A stretch of DNA of 64,000 nucleotides from Phoronis australis (taxonomy: Eukaryota; Animalia; Phoronida). The notes beneath the pieces were generated by a model, which was given only the letters and a program-made list of their open reading frames with translations, searched no databases and was not told the origin of the DNA. Location: NCBI GenBank assembly GCA_002633005.1, contig NMRA01000126.1, positions 202,979 through 266,978 of the forward strand, in the 5' to 3' direction. Position numbers and translations under genes: made by a program. Position 1 is the stretch's first letter, and each line of letters starts with the position of its first letter. Shown piece by piece: positions 12,501 to 23,700 of this stretch.

Positions 12501-15500
12501 ACTAGGGAAGCATACCCTACATCAACTCCATCCGAAAACCAAATGGTGTCAACCCTTCATTACTAGACACCTATTTGCCAAATTTCATAAAAATCCACCA
12601 AGGAACTCCAAAGATACACTGCCCCAGAGAAAAACGGAGAAAAAAATTGTCACAAGGGGGCACAGCAGGAGTTGAATCAATCCGAACATCATCATCATCC
12701 CTTGTCAACTGCATACAAATACACCTGCCAAATTAAATGATCCCGCAGAGGATTTAAGAGATACAGCCTGGGATGCAATAAAAACAAAACTGCCACTAGA
12801 AGGTGCCACAGTAGTCGGCGCCGTCCAAAAATCGTTGTTACATGTCCTCTTCCCAGTAGGCAGATACATGTCAATTTTCATAATCATCCTAAGAGTGCTT
12901 TGGCCAACATAAACCAAAAACAGACTCAAAAATGACAAAGACGATCACTTGGTGGCATGCACTAAATAAAAATGGAAAGATGTCATTGCCTCTTTAATAG
13001 AAATCTATTTACCAAATTGTATAACAAGAGCAACGCGGAGCATTGAAATGCGCCCACGAATGCATCGCAAATGGTGTGCTTTTAGGGTTATTCATTTGCA
13101 CTAGACGGCGCAAAAACATACACTCCATCCAAAAAACGGGATCATGCTATATTTCATAAAATCTGCCAAGGAACTTCAGAGAAACGAAGGAAAACAGAAC
13201 AAAATGAAGTTGCCACTTGTGGGCACAGCATCCGTTTGATCCACCTGACAGTCATTGTCTATTATCGTCACATAAATTCACTTACTAAATTTAATAAAGA
13301 TCCTGCAGTAATAAAACTGCCACTAAGGAGGTGCCACATTAGTCGAACTCGTCAGAAAATCATCGTCAGCCATCCACTTCATAGTAGAAAGTAACATATA
13401 TGCCAATTTTCACAATTACCCATAAAGCGGTTTGGTTGATAGACGAGTGGACGCTAAAAAACATACTATTCATAAAAACAGTACAACGCCACAGATGTCA
13501 ACACATCCTAGTCATACAACATGTAAGGTATACAGCAAACACATACCAATCCATCTTGTCCAATCAATACAGGCTCAGGGGCATGGACGGCCAACTACAA
13601 GAGAAAACAAAAACTGAAGAAACAAAATGATGGAAATGCAAATAAGCCATCCCACACCATGCTAACTAGGTCAAGCTAAATTCGCTAACTTCAAGCATAG
13701 ATAAATAGGGCCATCCCGGATTATACAGCGACACTTGAATCTCGCTGTATTTACCCATAATGCTGCGATAGCCATAAAGCCCATTTTGCAGCCTCACAGT
13801 TTTCGCGCCATTGTTAGTCCACGATCTTTGTTGTGGTTGTATACTATACAAGTTTTCTTGGCTGCATTACTCTATTCGACCTTCCAATATCAATGAAGTC
13901 TTATTGCTTTGCTAGCTTGCAACTCCAACGAAGAATAAACTTGACAAATACCTGTGGATGCATGATGTTAATTAGTCACCTTCGCAACATTAACAAAAGA
14001 CAAGAAAATAGCTACTAGAAAAAACAAGTTCGTCGGGTTAATTTTGAACTGAACTTCCTTGCAGGTACCCTTTCAATTCATGTTTTTCTGAACAGTTGGA
14101 ATCAGGACTATTTCCACAGTCATACACCTCGATGGTTACCAACATGACTTGTGAAAATGTGCTTGACGTTCCAATAAGAGGTAAACTCTCTTAACTACAG
14201 GACAATCGCTTTGTAATCCGCGACAGGCATATTAAGCTAATAGCTATGAACCCTCCCCTTGAAAAACCAATGAACTACATTGGATCCACTATGTTCTTAT
14301 ATGGAAGGAACATCAAATCGCTGTATTAAAGAACAAGAACACAAGAACCAAAACAATGATTTTTGAGATGGCATATTGGATATAGCTTCATTAGAATAAA
14401 CTTTTTGTACCAAAACAATCAACTTATGGTACACAAATATTCACAAGGTGTATGGGCAAAGGCATAAAATTAATACAATTCACACAACAGAATGCACAAA
14501 AAATTAGGCCAAAAAAGCAATCGACTGTTTGGGAAAAGTAAATTTGCATGCAATGTAGAGGATTCAGAACCATGCAACACTTGAATGATAGTCCAAAGAC
14601 TTATAGCTGTCATGAGGCAAGCTTGGAACTGCGTGCACTTACAAGCCATCACCTGTTGAGGTCAAGGTACTTTTGATTTATATTTGTCAACGTTACGTTT
14701 ATGTGGATATTCATCTGTAGTTAGACTATCGTGCCCTGTATTCTGTGCGAAAAAATACAAATTACTCAGTTGAAGTTGAATTTTGACTTTTGTATTCATT
14801 TGTCAAATTTCTCTTTCTCATCATTTTGGAGTGCTGACACCATGAATGGACGGATGATCGCATGCGAAAGTTTCTCAGATACTGGGTCATAGTATTGTTA
14901 GCCAATCATAAATTTGCTATTGCTCTGACATAGTGAGTAATTCACACAGTTTCACGAGAGCCTGCCATGCTTGTCTGCAATGGAGGTAAAGAAGACCGGG
15001 AATCAGTTCACAGAACTGCAACAAAGGGCAATGCTTTTTACTAACTTGTTTGTGACTGCCGGTCTTGGAATGTGTAGATTCCAAAAACATGTAGGATGCA
15101 ATGTGTCTCCAATTTGGACATAATGGCTAGCACCATTTAAAATCAATTTAATATGTTTATTTCCACATTTGAAAGCACACCTTTACCATCCCGTTGGAAA
15201 TGAATTGAGGGGCAAAACATGCAAGACGGATGATTCACTGACGGGGGAGGGCAGCAAAAACGACGAGTGGATGGAATAAAGAAAGACAAGAATCGGAACA
15301 AAGCGAGCACAAGTAATTTATTATTCACAACAGACAAAAGCCCAAATGCAAACGTCGAGTCATAACAGTCGCAATAAGTATTGTGATATTTTGTGTTGCA
15401 ATGTTGATGATCACTTTTACATGATATTGTTATTGAGTAGCTAAACCAAGTTCTGTGGACTTTCCTAACACTGTCCAGTATGTTATTTACAGGTAATTAT

Positions 15501-18500
15501 ACATTGCTTGGTACATCATGGCATTTCAAACCTTATGCGAACCTTGTGTGCATGCCTTCGTGCAGTTTTTCAAAAAGAAGCACGAGACCTTGGCTGAAAT
15601 TGATGAGATCAGTGACTTTTATTTTTGTCAGTGAGTGCAGGTCTCGACATGGGTCAGAATATATACCAGAACCAGCAATGCTTTTTTGGCCTAATAGTTA
15701 GAGCTTTAAAGTGTAAAAAGGTATTACGCTATTTCAAATCCAGTTATACCTTAAAAGAGAATTTGGTAAATCAGTAGTCAAATTAAAATATATTACAGTG
15801 CTTTTTTCGAACCAATAATTGAACAGTTAAATATCCTGAACTACAAAATAGCTAAAATTGAAATGAACAAATGTATCAAGTTGATGCACTGCGTAGTTGC
15901 ATCTACAGAGAGTGCTCGGATTCAAATGTCCATTTTTGCTTTTTTCATGTGCCATTCCAGGGTTAAAATGTTAAAAACAACAAACAAACGTAACAAAACA
16001 GAATAAACCAAATGTGAAATAGTAGAGTTATAAAATTGATGCTAATTTACACAACTTTTAATCAAAAGCATACCTCTGGGATAGACAAGAAGCAGAACAA
16101 GAGAATGCCCGTCGGAATGTTGAGCCACAGAAGTGTACGTATGAATGTGAAATAGGAGGCTACTCCACTGCCGAAATAGGCTAGTCGGGAAACAAAAATT
16201 ACAAAGGGCACACAAGTCATGCAAAGCATGGTTGGTTAAATAGTGGAATTGGTGGGGATATTACAGTATTGATTAAGTTTCTTGAAGAATACAAAAATAG
16301 CAGTTTTATAAACAACCTTTAACAAGTTCAAAAGGAGCCACGAGGAAATCAGTGAAATCACTTATTAGTTAGCCACCAGTATTTTAATGGCTGAATGAAG
16401 TTTAAAAAATAATCTCAGTTAATGTACTACAGATAGACAAGGTGCAAGACTTCCTGTTATTGCAAATAAGCAAGATAGTTTCTTGTGAATAAACCAAAGA
16501 AAGACCAAAATGATAGTCATGTTAACGAAAGTAACTGACATGGAACAGACACAATTAACATGTGTTAGTCAAGAATGGAAGAATCTGTGTTAGAAGCTAG
16601 AGCATGCTATGTACATGCAGTCTCTCTCTCAGGGACATTCTATGTACATGCAGTCTCTCTCAGGGTCATTGGTGAACTTGAACAGTCTTGTTAGTGAAAC
16701 ATGTAATCGGTAAACATCTCAGCTAGTTGAGAAATACTTCCACTGGTGTCAAATCCATGTTATTGTGGATTTTAGGTGAAACCCGAATGCAATATCTGAC
16801 TGAAATGTTTGTTTATTAAAAAACAATAAATCATTAAAAATACAAAGCAAATAATACATACCCTCCACCTTCTTAATAGACTCTCCCCAAATCTTCCACG
16901 AAATCATGGCATTGTCTGCCTTTTTTCTCACTCTCTTCAAGTTCTAAGAAAAAACAAAAATATCCATTTTCTTCACAAAGCATTAAATCATTTTTTAAAC
17001 TTCAAGACTTGTTCCAAAATAAATTGTTTGTAGATGTTTTGAATCCAACGCAAAACTATTTAAAACAATCAAAACACTTGCGATTACGTGAAACAGGATG
17101 TCATGATGTTTAAAGATATTAAAACAACACATGCTTATAAGGGCAAAAACGCCCTCACGTTTGCATACTGAGGGATTACAGCATTACCCTACAAACTCAA
17201 TATAATTATACTAAAATAACTTCAAATGCACGCACCCAGCCTTTAATATAGGGGGTCACAAACTTGCAACGATGTGGACCTTTTACTCTTTTACTAACAA
17301 AAAAGCTGGAGGACTAAAAACAAAAGGGGTACCACGTTCGGAGCTGTGAATTGTGCATTTACGCCTTTATAGTGGACTTTTGTCTCATTTCCCAGACTTT
17401 TTATTTCTCCGAGGCGGACCTTTTTGCCCAGTTCGCCAAACGGGGGGTTCATTCGAGCCCCTGAGCCCCCCCCCCCCCNNNNCAACTGACCTGCTGTTGT
17501 CTGTAAGCAAAGTTGTCTGCTTTGCCCAACTGTTGCATCTGCCAGTGCAAAAATTCTTTGGCCTGACTGAAAATCAGACAGTTCAATTATAAAAGTCAAT
17601 AAAAATCTTAAGAAGCAAGACACAACAACTGCTGCATTACAGACTCAGAGAAACCAAAGTGGGATTCCAGTCACGATTTTCCTAAAGGTCAAGTATCAAG
17701 GTTATCAAACCATGAAATGTTTTAAAGTATTCAATGCTGACACCCTGTAAAACCAACTCCTTTGCTTTCCTTGCAACCCACAACCGGCCAAACAAAGGCA
17801 AGGCAAACTAGGTAGAACTTAATTTCTGACAGTGAGTGTATTTGTCTACAAGGGAACTATTGTGAAGCTTCAATGGCTTCACATGGCTTATTACTTAAAA
17901 ACATCACATAGTTGGCATTCTTGGTGAGAGATGATGTTCCTAAAAAAACTCTGAAGTTAAACAGTAAAAAGCAAATTTATTTGATTAAAATGCTAACAAA
18001 TTACCTTTTTGACTAGACTGTTAACTAATTAAAAGATAATTACACAGCTGCTTCAATCTTCTTCCTCATTGGCCAAGGCTGGGCCTTCACACTACTAAGC
18101 ATTTCAAGATGAAAGTCGATGCTCTCCTGTATCGACTCTTTACTCCTTGGTTCCTGTCTTGAATATTCCCCACTAAGCAGACCACTCTGTAACTGCCACC
18201 AGGGGTCACCACCAGGGTCTCCCACGCTCCTAGCAAATTCACAAAACATCTCACTTGTCTACAACTCACAAGCGTGACCACATACATTTTAAATAACTTC
18301 TGTGTCTAAAATGAAACTAAAATACTTTTTGTACAGCCTTCAATCAAAATTGTTTATGAAACTGTAAAAGAAAACATCTGCCTTCCTTATAATTGTAAAT
18401 AACTCAATTCAAAATGCAGCTTTCGTTTAAACTATAGCATGCGGGTAAGCAAGGTAATATTCGATTCATTGAACTAGCTACAAATCACAGAACTACTCAT

Positions 18501-19199
18501 CAAAATCCAGTCTAATCAAAATCTGAAAAATATAACCCAAACGTTTCTCAACCAACCTATCTGCAAACTGCAGATATCTTTGTCTCTGAACGACATCTAT
18601 ACTGGACAGCCCAGGCACATAGCTACTGGCTCGGCGATTTCGTTGACGATAACGATTACTTCCAACTAACTGCTCTGCAATAAAAAAATGTAAGGCCAAC
18701 ATTATTTTGCTGAATCCAGTTAAATATATTAATTAAAGCAACATGAAATCGACTGTTGTCAGTCCATTGTTGCTCTTCTCCCCCCCCCCCAAAAAAAAGA
18801 AAAGACCTGCCCCTCTGGCACAGAAGGAAGGGGCATATTGAAAACTGGCAAACACAGCTCTACAACCTTGAACTAAATTTCAACATAATCCAATCAAGGG
18901 TTTATGAGATATTGAGAAGAAAACCGGACACGACAACCAGACAAAATGGCCACTAAAGGGTGTTACTAGTTACAGTTCAGTTAGTCGACATAGAGCACCA
19001 ACTGATGCTGGCACAATTAATGCAGTCACATAACTCTGTAACCCTGTGTTAAACAAATGCTGTCAATCAAATGTGAATATTCAACACTGAAGCTCATCTA
19101 ACCATAGTTATCCTCCATTGGACTGGCTGACCCGCCATAAGCACCGCAGTTGTCCTGGCGTGAGCCTAGCAGCTGCTCACTCTCTTCCATCGTGAACAT
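378..19199 (-). CDS. TMC: Transmembrane channel-like (TMC family) gene: 16 coding exons, ~668 aa inside the window, probably continuing past the left edge
   Basis: A phase-consistent GT-AG exon chain gives TMC hallmarks PWPMRKK, IKKVEAYFGSGVASYF, LFYGKY..YNMALAY, FTQWD, CWETVVG, WLGLYFSPILP and PSACCGPF. Subfamily not assigned. Confidence 0.93.
896..1170 (-). CDS. TMC: TMC exon 15 (IGYVQFSVSSSVLELCYGQAIVWLGLYFSPILP...GYAIF)
   Basis: TMC domain core; acag acceptor, gtaag donor. Confidence 0.95.
1451..5110 (-). mobile_element. Older Helentron-type non-autonomous element (HINE/DINE-1-like) copy A, interrupted by copy B
   Basis: 3' end aacaagagcaacgcagagcattgaaatg at 1451; ~147-bp core monomers continue after 3866; degenerate 5' end near 5090-5110. 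Confidence 0.65.
2078..3865 (-). mobile_element. Complete HINE/DINE-1-like element copy B, nested in copy A
   Basis: On the minus strand: 5' subTIR hairpin ATGCGCCCACATAT-TT-ATATGTGGACGCAT, GTCC-type microsatellite (3770-3820), tandem core monomers, degenerate 3' subTIR plus CAACGC-TCC-GCGTTG stem-loop. Inserted in a T-run with no TSD. Confidence 0.8.
5272..5463 (-). CDS. TMC: TMC exon 14 (HDENNSTK...CCWETVVGVEMVKLFVLDF...IGKK)
   Basis: CWETxVG TMC signature; ctag acceptor, gtaag donor. Confidence 0.95.
5640..5718 (-). CDS. TMC: TMC exon 13 (TVCFYYASLIVLIIELYEHEISICHP)
   Basis: tcag acceptor, gtgag donor; phases 2/0. Confidence 0.85.
7043..7152 (-). CDS. TMC: TMC exon 12 (LPFIMAALKLIVPMFFELLVKIEKWHPRVATEWTIVR)
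   Basis: TM4-like helix and E.W/YHP motif; ctag acceptor, gtattg donor. Confidence 0.9.
7706..7856 (-). CDS. TMC: TMC exon 11 (YTVFLGRLLSNILVLGILAGS...QAYV)
   Basis: R...N.LV TM motif; tttag acceptor, gtgtgt donor. Confidence 0.88.
8030..8515. mobile_element. Small palindrome-rich non-autonomous element of unassigned family
   Basis: Inverted gtgatgata(a)cgg at about 8044 and 8496-8508; internal perfect 21-bp inverted repeat at 8401-8443. Confidence 0.4.
8589..8638 (-). CDS. TMC: TMC exon 10 (EQVRELKEAKRRQERNK)
   Basis: Charged helix before a TM segment; catag acceptor, gtaatg donor; phases 0/2. Confidence 0.8.
9267..10885. mobile_element. ~1.6-kb non-autonomous element with terminal inverted repeats, in a TMC intron
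   Basis: accgcatttatccacctt (9267-9284) vs reverse complement accgtatttatccacctt (10868-10885); CpG-richer interior; no credible ORF. Confidence 0.55.
10980..11215 (+). repeat. Old interspersed repeat (~240 bp) with an inverted second copy at ~29185-29790
   Basis: Shared blocks aaaatttgaaaactcctttc, gcccaccaag, tgccaatgatgcattagca and caaaacaggattta occur reverse-complemented near 29.2-29.8 kb. Confidence 0.65.
11250..11397 (-). CDS. TMC: TMC exon 9 (MMTRYTKS...FSWQLFTQWDHSIT...NFK)
   Basis: F..WD motif; gcag acceptor, gttga donor. Confidence 0.9.
11816..11946 (-). CDS. TMC: TMC exon 8 (GILNNTFLFYGKY...YNMALAYFLTVVIVFLMFFILIVR)
   Basis: LFYG.Y and Y..LAY motifs; acag acceptor, gtgag donor. 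Confidence 0.92.
12018..13022 (-). mobile_element. Diverged HINE copy C
   Basis: Degenerate 3' end (aacaataacgcagaacactgatatgcacccac) followed by diverged core monomers. Confidence 0.6.
13023..13460 (-). mobile_element. Truncated HINE copy D, in or adjacent to copy C
   Basis: Intact 3' end aacaagagcaacgcggagcattgaaatgcgcccac plus 2-3 core monomers. Confidence 0.7.
13547..13594 (-). CDS. TMC: TMC exon 7, 48 nt (LAVHAPEPVLIGQDGL)
   Basis: Strong polypyrimidine tract plus tag acceptor and gtatgt donor. Phase 0/0 fits between exons 6 and 8. Confidence 0.65.
16074..16180 (-). CDS. TMC: TMC exon 6 (AYFGSGVASYFTFIRTLLWLNIPTGILLFCFLSIPE)
   Basis: FGSGVASYF TMC motif; ctag acceptor, gtatg donor. 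Confidence 0.92.
16862..16943 (-). CDS. TMC: TMC exon 5 (NLKRVRKKADNAMISWKIWGESIKKVE)
   Basis: W...IKKVE motif; cttag acceptor, gtatgt donor. Confidence 0.9.
17491..17566 (-). CDS. TMC: TMC exon 4 (QAKEFLHWQMQQLGKADNFAYRQQQ)
   Basis: tttcag acceptor, gtcagt donor, phases 2/0. Confidence 0.8.
18044..18229 (-). CDS. TMC: TMC exon 3 (SVGDPGG...KAQPWPMRKKIEAAV)
   Basis: PWPMRKK motif; ctag acceptor, gtaatt donor. Confidence 0.85.
18557..18674 (-). CDS. TMC: TMC exon 2 (EQLVGSNRYRQR...QFADR)
   Basis: tattgcag acceptor, gttggt donor, phases 1/2 consistent with neighbours. Confidence 0.7.
19103..19199 (-). CDS. TMC: TMC coding exon 1 (putative start; MFTMEESEQLLG...DNY)
   Basis: Acceptor ttttttttgcag at 19248, in-frame upstream TGA, phase-1 donor gttag matching the next exon. 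Alternative ATG at 19190. Confidence 0.6.
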
Positions 19200-20303
19200 A
19201 GAAATACGATCCAGCCTGTCTGATCAGTGTGGACACATTTATCAGTTCTGCAAAAAAAACGATTGATAATTTATTACACTGACAACTAGAAAACTGTGCA
19301 GTGGATCATCATTTCCAGTTCATTTCATGGTTCCCAATCAAATAAAAAATTTGGTGAATTAACCTTTAACTTTGGTGGGGTGTACATTTTAAGAGCTTTT
19401 AACAACATTTAAGAGCTTTAAAAAATTTTAAGAGCAACCCAGCGTTTCCCAAGATTACACAACCCTTACCTGAGTACAGCCATAAACTTTAAATAAAGTT
19501 ATGATGAAAATGTGATTAATCTAAAACTAAATAATTATTCGTAAGAGTATGTGTCCAGAAATTCTTAAAAAAGCTGTCCTTTGAAAGGACTAAAGCATCA
19601 CTATATAAAATTCTCTAATGTGAGTAAATTATGACTTTCCTTTCCAAGAGCAACTCTTAGCATTTCTCATATTTTGATTTCAAAAACAAAAACGTCATCA
19701 ACTGTGCCTGAGTAAAAACAGACATGAATGTGTGAATGTTTTAGAAACTTACAAATGAGACACAAACACTTAAAATTCAACTTGTAAGCAGACTTGCAAA
19801 GACATCATCAATCACAATCAGAGTGTTAGAAATTATTTATCTGCACATAATCTTTTGAAGTTCTTTCACACAAAAGCTGGCTATTACTAATGGTATAAAA
19901 ATAATTAAAATTTTACCAATACAGGGACTCCCAGAGCAAAAATTCAAACATAGCACATTAATTCGGCAACACGACTTCTCTATTCTAATTTGCCGAGATC
20001 TGATGAACTGTAAAAAATTATATCCATAATCCAGCCATGAGCATGTAAGTTACTATGCAGTATATAATATAGTGTATTGGGGACGATCAGAAGCTGAGGA
20101 CGTATGTGATTCGGACCTCAGTGTAGACAATGACCACCGTCTCTAAACATTCTGGGTAGAGACGATAGTCATTGTCTAACCTCAGTGTAGACCACTCAGT
20201 GGAAGTGGATTCTTCACCCTTCAGCTCAGTATGTTCGACATGTACAAGTTGACAGATTGGCTGAAGATTTGTCAGCAACATACTATTTCTGGGGGCTTCT
20301 TAC

Positions 20304-20628
20304 GTTTCTTCGACGTTCAAGATGAGGTATACTTCACAACAAATACGGCGAAGTCGTTGAGCCGAGCACCACTTTGATGTAGGCTATCGCACAGCACGTG
20401 ACGAACATTTCGTTGTTTTGAAACCGCTCTTTGAACTTTGCCCCCAGATTGAAAGCCACGCCAATGTTTGCTAGCAGTATCAATTTTCAACTTTATTCTT
20501 GTCTGGAATAAAATTAAATTGAACAATTATTAGATTTAAAAAGAAATTTGTCGAAAATGAGTTCATGTTGACTTTGGAATCTTAAAATGCGAGTATTCAC
20601 TATATTGCTACTACTTCCTAACCTGAAA
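20304..20628. promoter_or_regulatory. Putative bidirectional promoter between TMC and BCAS2
   Basis: Divergent genes; candidate TMC non-coding-exon donor gtaag at 20303 (minus); E-box CACGTG at 20395-20400; locally CpG-richer. Confidence 0.4.
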
Positions 20629-20703
20629 ATGGCCGGCGAAGTTGTTGTTGATGCTTTGCCGTATTTTGACCAAGGTTATGATGAACCAGGCGTTCGTGAA
20701 GCT
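20629..20703 (+). CDS. BCAS2: BCAS2 exon 1
   Basis: [25 protein letters not shown]; gtacgt donor. Confidence 0.95.
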
Positions 20704-23700
20704 GTACGTATACTGTCGATGTTAGTTGCTCTTTGTAAAATCATGGGAATTAGCACATAAATCTACTGGTTTTACTCAGTTAAATGACTAAAAATGGATG
20801 CGCATCTGCACATCTGTGACTGTGTTGTTGAGAGCCTCTGTTGTTGGGTGAATTTTTCGTGCCGTGTGAAACAATAATTTTCAGACTTTAAAAATGCCTT
20901 CAGAAATATGTCCCTGCTATTGCGCGTAACAAGGTCTTTAAAATGATACCTGCATCATGTATCTACGAGCAATATCTTTGGAGTTGATATTGGCGATTTT
21001 GTTGTTTAATAGTTTAATATAACTTTAATAAAAATGAGTTATTATGAGTAATAGGGGAATTTCGGGTAAATTCGGACGAAACCACCTAGCTCGACTTGCT
21101 TACCTACTACTGAAGGTTTATGTGTCAGCTAATAACATTAGATGAGTATTGGGATCTCCACAAATCTTTTGAGAAACCAACCAATGAGATTCTTTGTTAC
21201 TAGTTCAGTTTCGATGCCTTTGAATTTTAAGAATAATAACAATGGTCAAAATCGGGGAAATTCGGATGCAGGTAGGGAAAGTCGAACAGAGTGTCGGGGA
21301 AATTTGGACCAGCAAGTTCTGAACAGGTGAAAATTGGACAAAATATATAACAGTACTTTATGATTTCAAGAAATGAATTTAGGTTATATTTAGCAGTCTT
21401 ATCATCAGAGGAGTAATAAAATTTAAGAAGTCATCATGTCCTGGCCACATAAACAACGTAAAAGTACGTCCACCCTTACCAATTTGGGTGCAGCCCACGT
21501 GGTAAACAGCGTCATTGTTGTTGACAAATTAAATTTTGGAGTGACCTCTTAAAACAGGAGGTCATCACGTGATTACGAAAATCTCTCACGAAAACGTCAA
21601 GAAACATGGGTGTCCGAATTTTCCCGCAGCATACAAAAAGTTGGAGGGGAAATTCGGACATCAGTTTTTTGATTAAATCATGCTTTTTTGTAAGTTTTTC
21701 TATTGGAATTAACTCATTAAACTGCATAGTGATGAATTATGCATCAAGTAAATTCAAGTTCATTTACATGACAAGTGACCAAGTGACCTAAATAAAACTT
21801 GGAAAAGACAGTGTACCTACCGCAGACTTTCGAAATCAGCACATGAAGCAGACGGCAGAGCGACATAAGGTGATGAACATGCCTCATATCTGTTGAAACT
21901 GTGTTGTAATTCAAGTGAGGTGATAAATAGATTTCTACTATTGTTCAAAGAAGTGAATAACCTTTTCATTTAGTAGTAAGGCATCTTGATTGTTAACATA
22001 TTTGACGTTTATTTAGAGTTGTCTGAATTTTACTGACGTCCAAGTTTCCCCGAACTACCCCTATGTCAGTAACGAGTTCCTTTTCTATTTTAATTAAATC
22101 ACATTTTCAGGTTCATTAATTAGGTCTCACAGAGTGTACTGACTGTGTGCTGCCATGCTGTACAGTTGATAGACAATACCACGATCTCAACTGGCAGCAG
22201 TAGAGACAGTAGTCATCCCAAAGGCCCTCCATATGCAGGAAGTTTGTCGGCAAATTACTCCTCATACTGATTAAGCCGTGTCATGTTGCTATAAGTACCT
22301 TTAGATGGACACCTTAAGAAGCTGTTGATGTCTAACTCTTCCCAGCTCGAACAAATACTCCCACAATCAAACTATTTTTCAAACAGTCCTTCTTTCATTT
22401 GTCCAAATCGCATACTGACTATTTCTACACTGCTCGCACCAGGGGATATTTATGCATTTGTAATGTAGCTGCAATAGTTCTCACACATGTTAGATACCAT
22501 ATTACAGATCTGTCAATGTACCTTCAATGATGTTATGAAACATACCTGGACTGTAGAATAATCCTCAGTCCGTAACAAAATCATCATTAAAGTCTTGGTC
22601 AAACATAGAAGATGAAGAAAAGACAAAAGGAACATAGGCTACCATGGCAGTGTACTAAAAACATCATTTTATCTATTATAACTCTGCTACCATGACAGTG
22701 TACCATCTCCATGGTGTTGAGTTTGTGTTCATTGTTGCTGAGAGATGGTAAACTTAATGTTATCATGAACAGACCAATTTTTACAGTGTGGTGCAAGGGG
22801 ACTGACAGGGAAACGCATGTCTTGCAATTACTAGTGAAAGTTGAAAACTATGCTCGATCACTACTTGTTGATATCTGTTGTGTTTGAATACCATATGGTG
22901 CTTTGGATGCAGAATCATTCACATGATTTGTGATGTTAATTTTCGACTCTGCCCCGCCACACTTAGAAATGGATAATTTAACGATGGTCACTTCAGTTGG
23001 TTTATTTTCTGACCTGAGTCCTAATCATACAAATGGTGTCTCATTACAGGCTCTAGCCTTGGTGGAGGAAGAGACAAGACGTTACCGGCCAACCAAGAAC
23101 TACCTGGACCATCTGCCTGTGCCCAACTACAATGCATTTGAAGTGTGTACTAGTTTATTTTGTCTTCAAATCTGGACACATGTTACCCAGGAAATCCAAT
23201 TGGCCAAAATAAGCAATGAATGTGTTTTCATATTAAAGGCATTTCCCAAGTGTCCAAACTGTGTGTTTTGACATGTATTTTTAGAGGGGTCTAAGAGATT
23301 GTATTCAATAATGCTATTTATTTACAAGATACTTGCAGCCAATTTAAAATAAGCATGCATTGTTTGAACCTGTTATATGTCCCTGGTATAGCCGTCCAGT
23401 CACTCTGGGGCAGTCATTTTCCCAAATGTCTGGTTTGTAGGGCTGTACACTCGCCAAACACCAGCGAAATTGCTTGTTGTACTTGTGTGATCTTGCCACC
23501 AAACTCACAAAATATCTGCTTATTGATTGCACGTCCTCTGCCACAGTCAATTGTAAGTTTATATTAACTGTAAAATATGATCACCTTAGACTATCCTGAT
23601 CCCTCTAATTTTTGGTCCCTTTCTTTTGTTGTTACCTCATAGCTACTAATTAAGTGAAGTCATTTTAGTTCTTTATTCACCCATGACTAATTGCTGCTCT

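Noticed and set aside
14100-15700. Several AG...GT-bounded open stretches as extra TMC exons
   Set aside because: Phases do not fit the 0/0 requirement between exons 6 and 8, and there is no TMC similarity.
16607-16670. ~33-bp tandem duplication in a TMC intron
   Set aside because: Ordinary slippage duplication around a (TC)n run.
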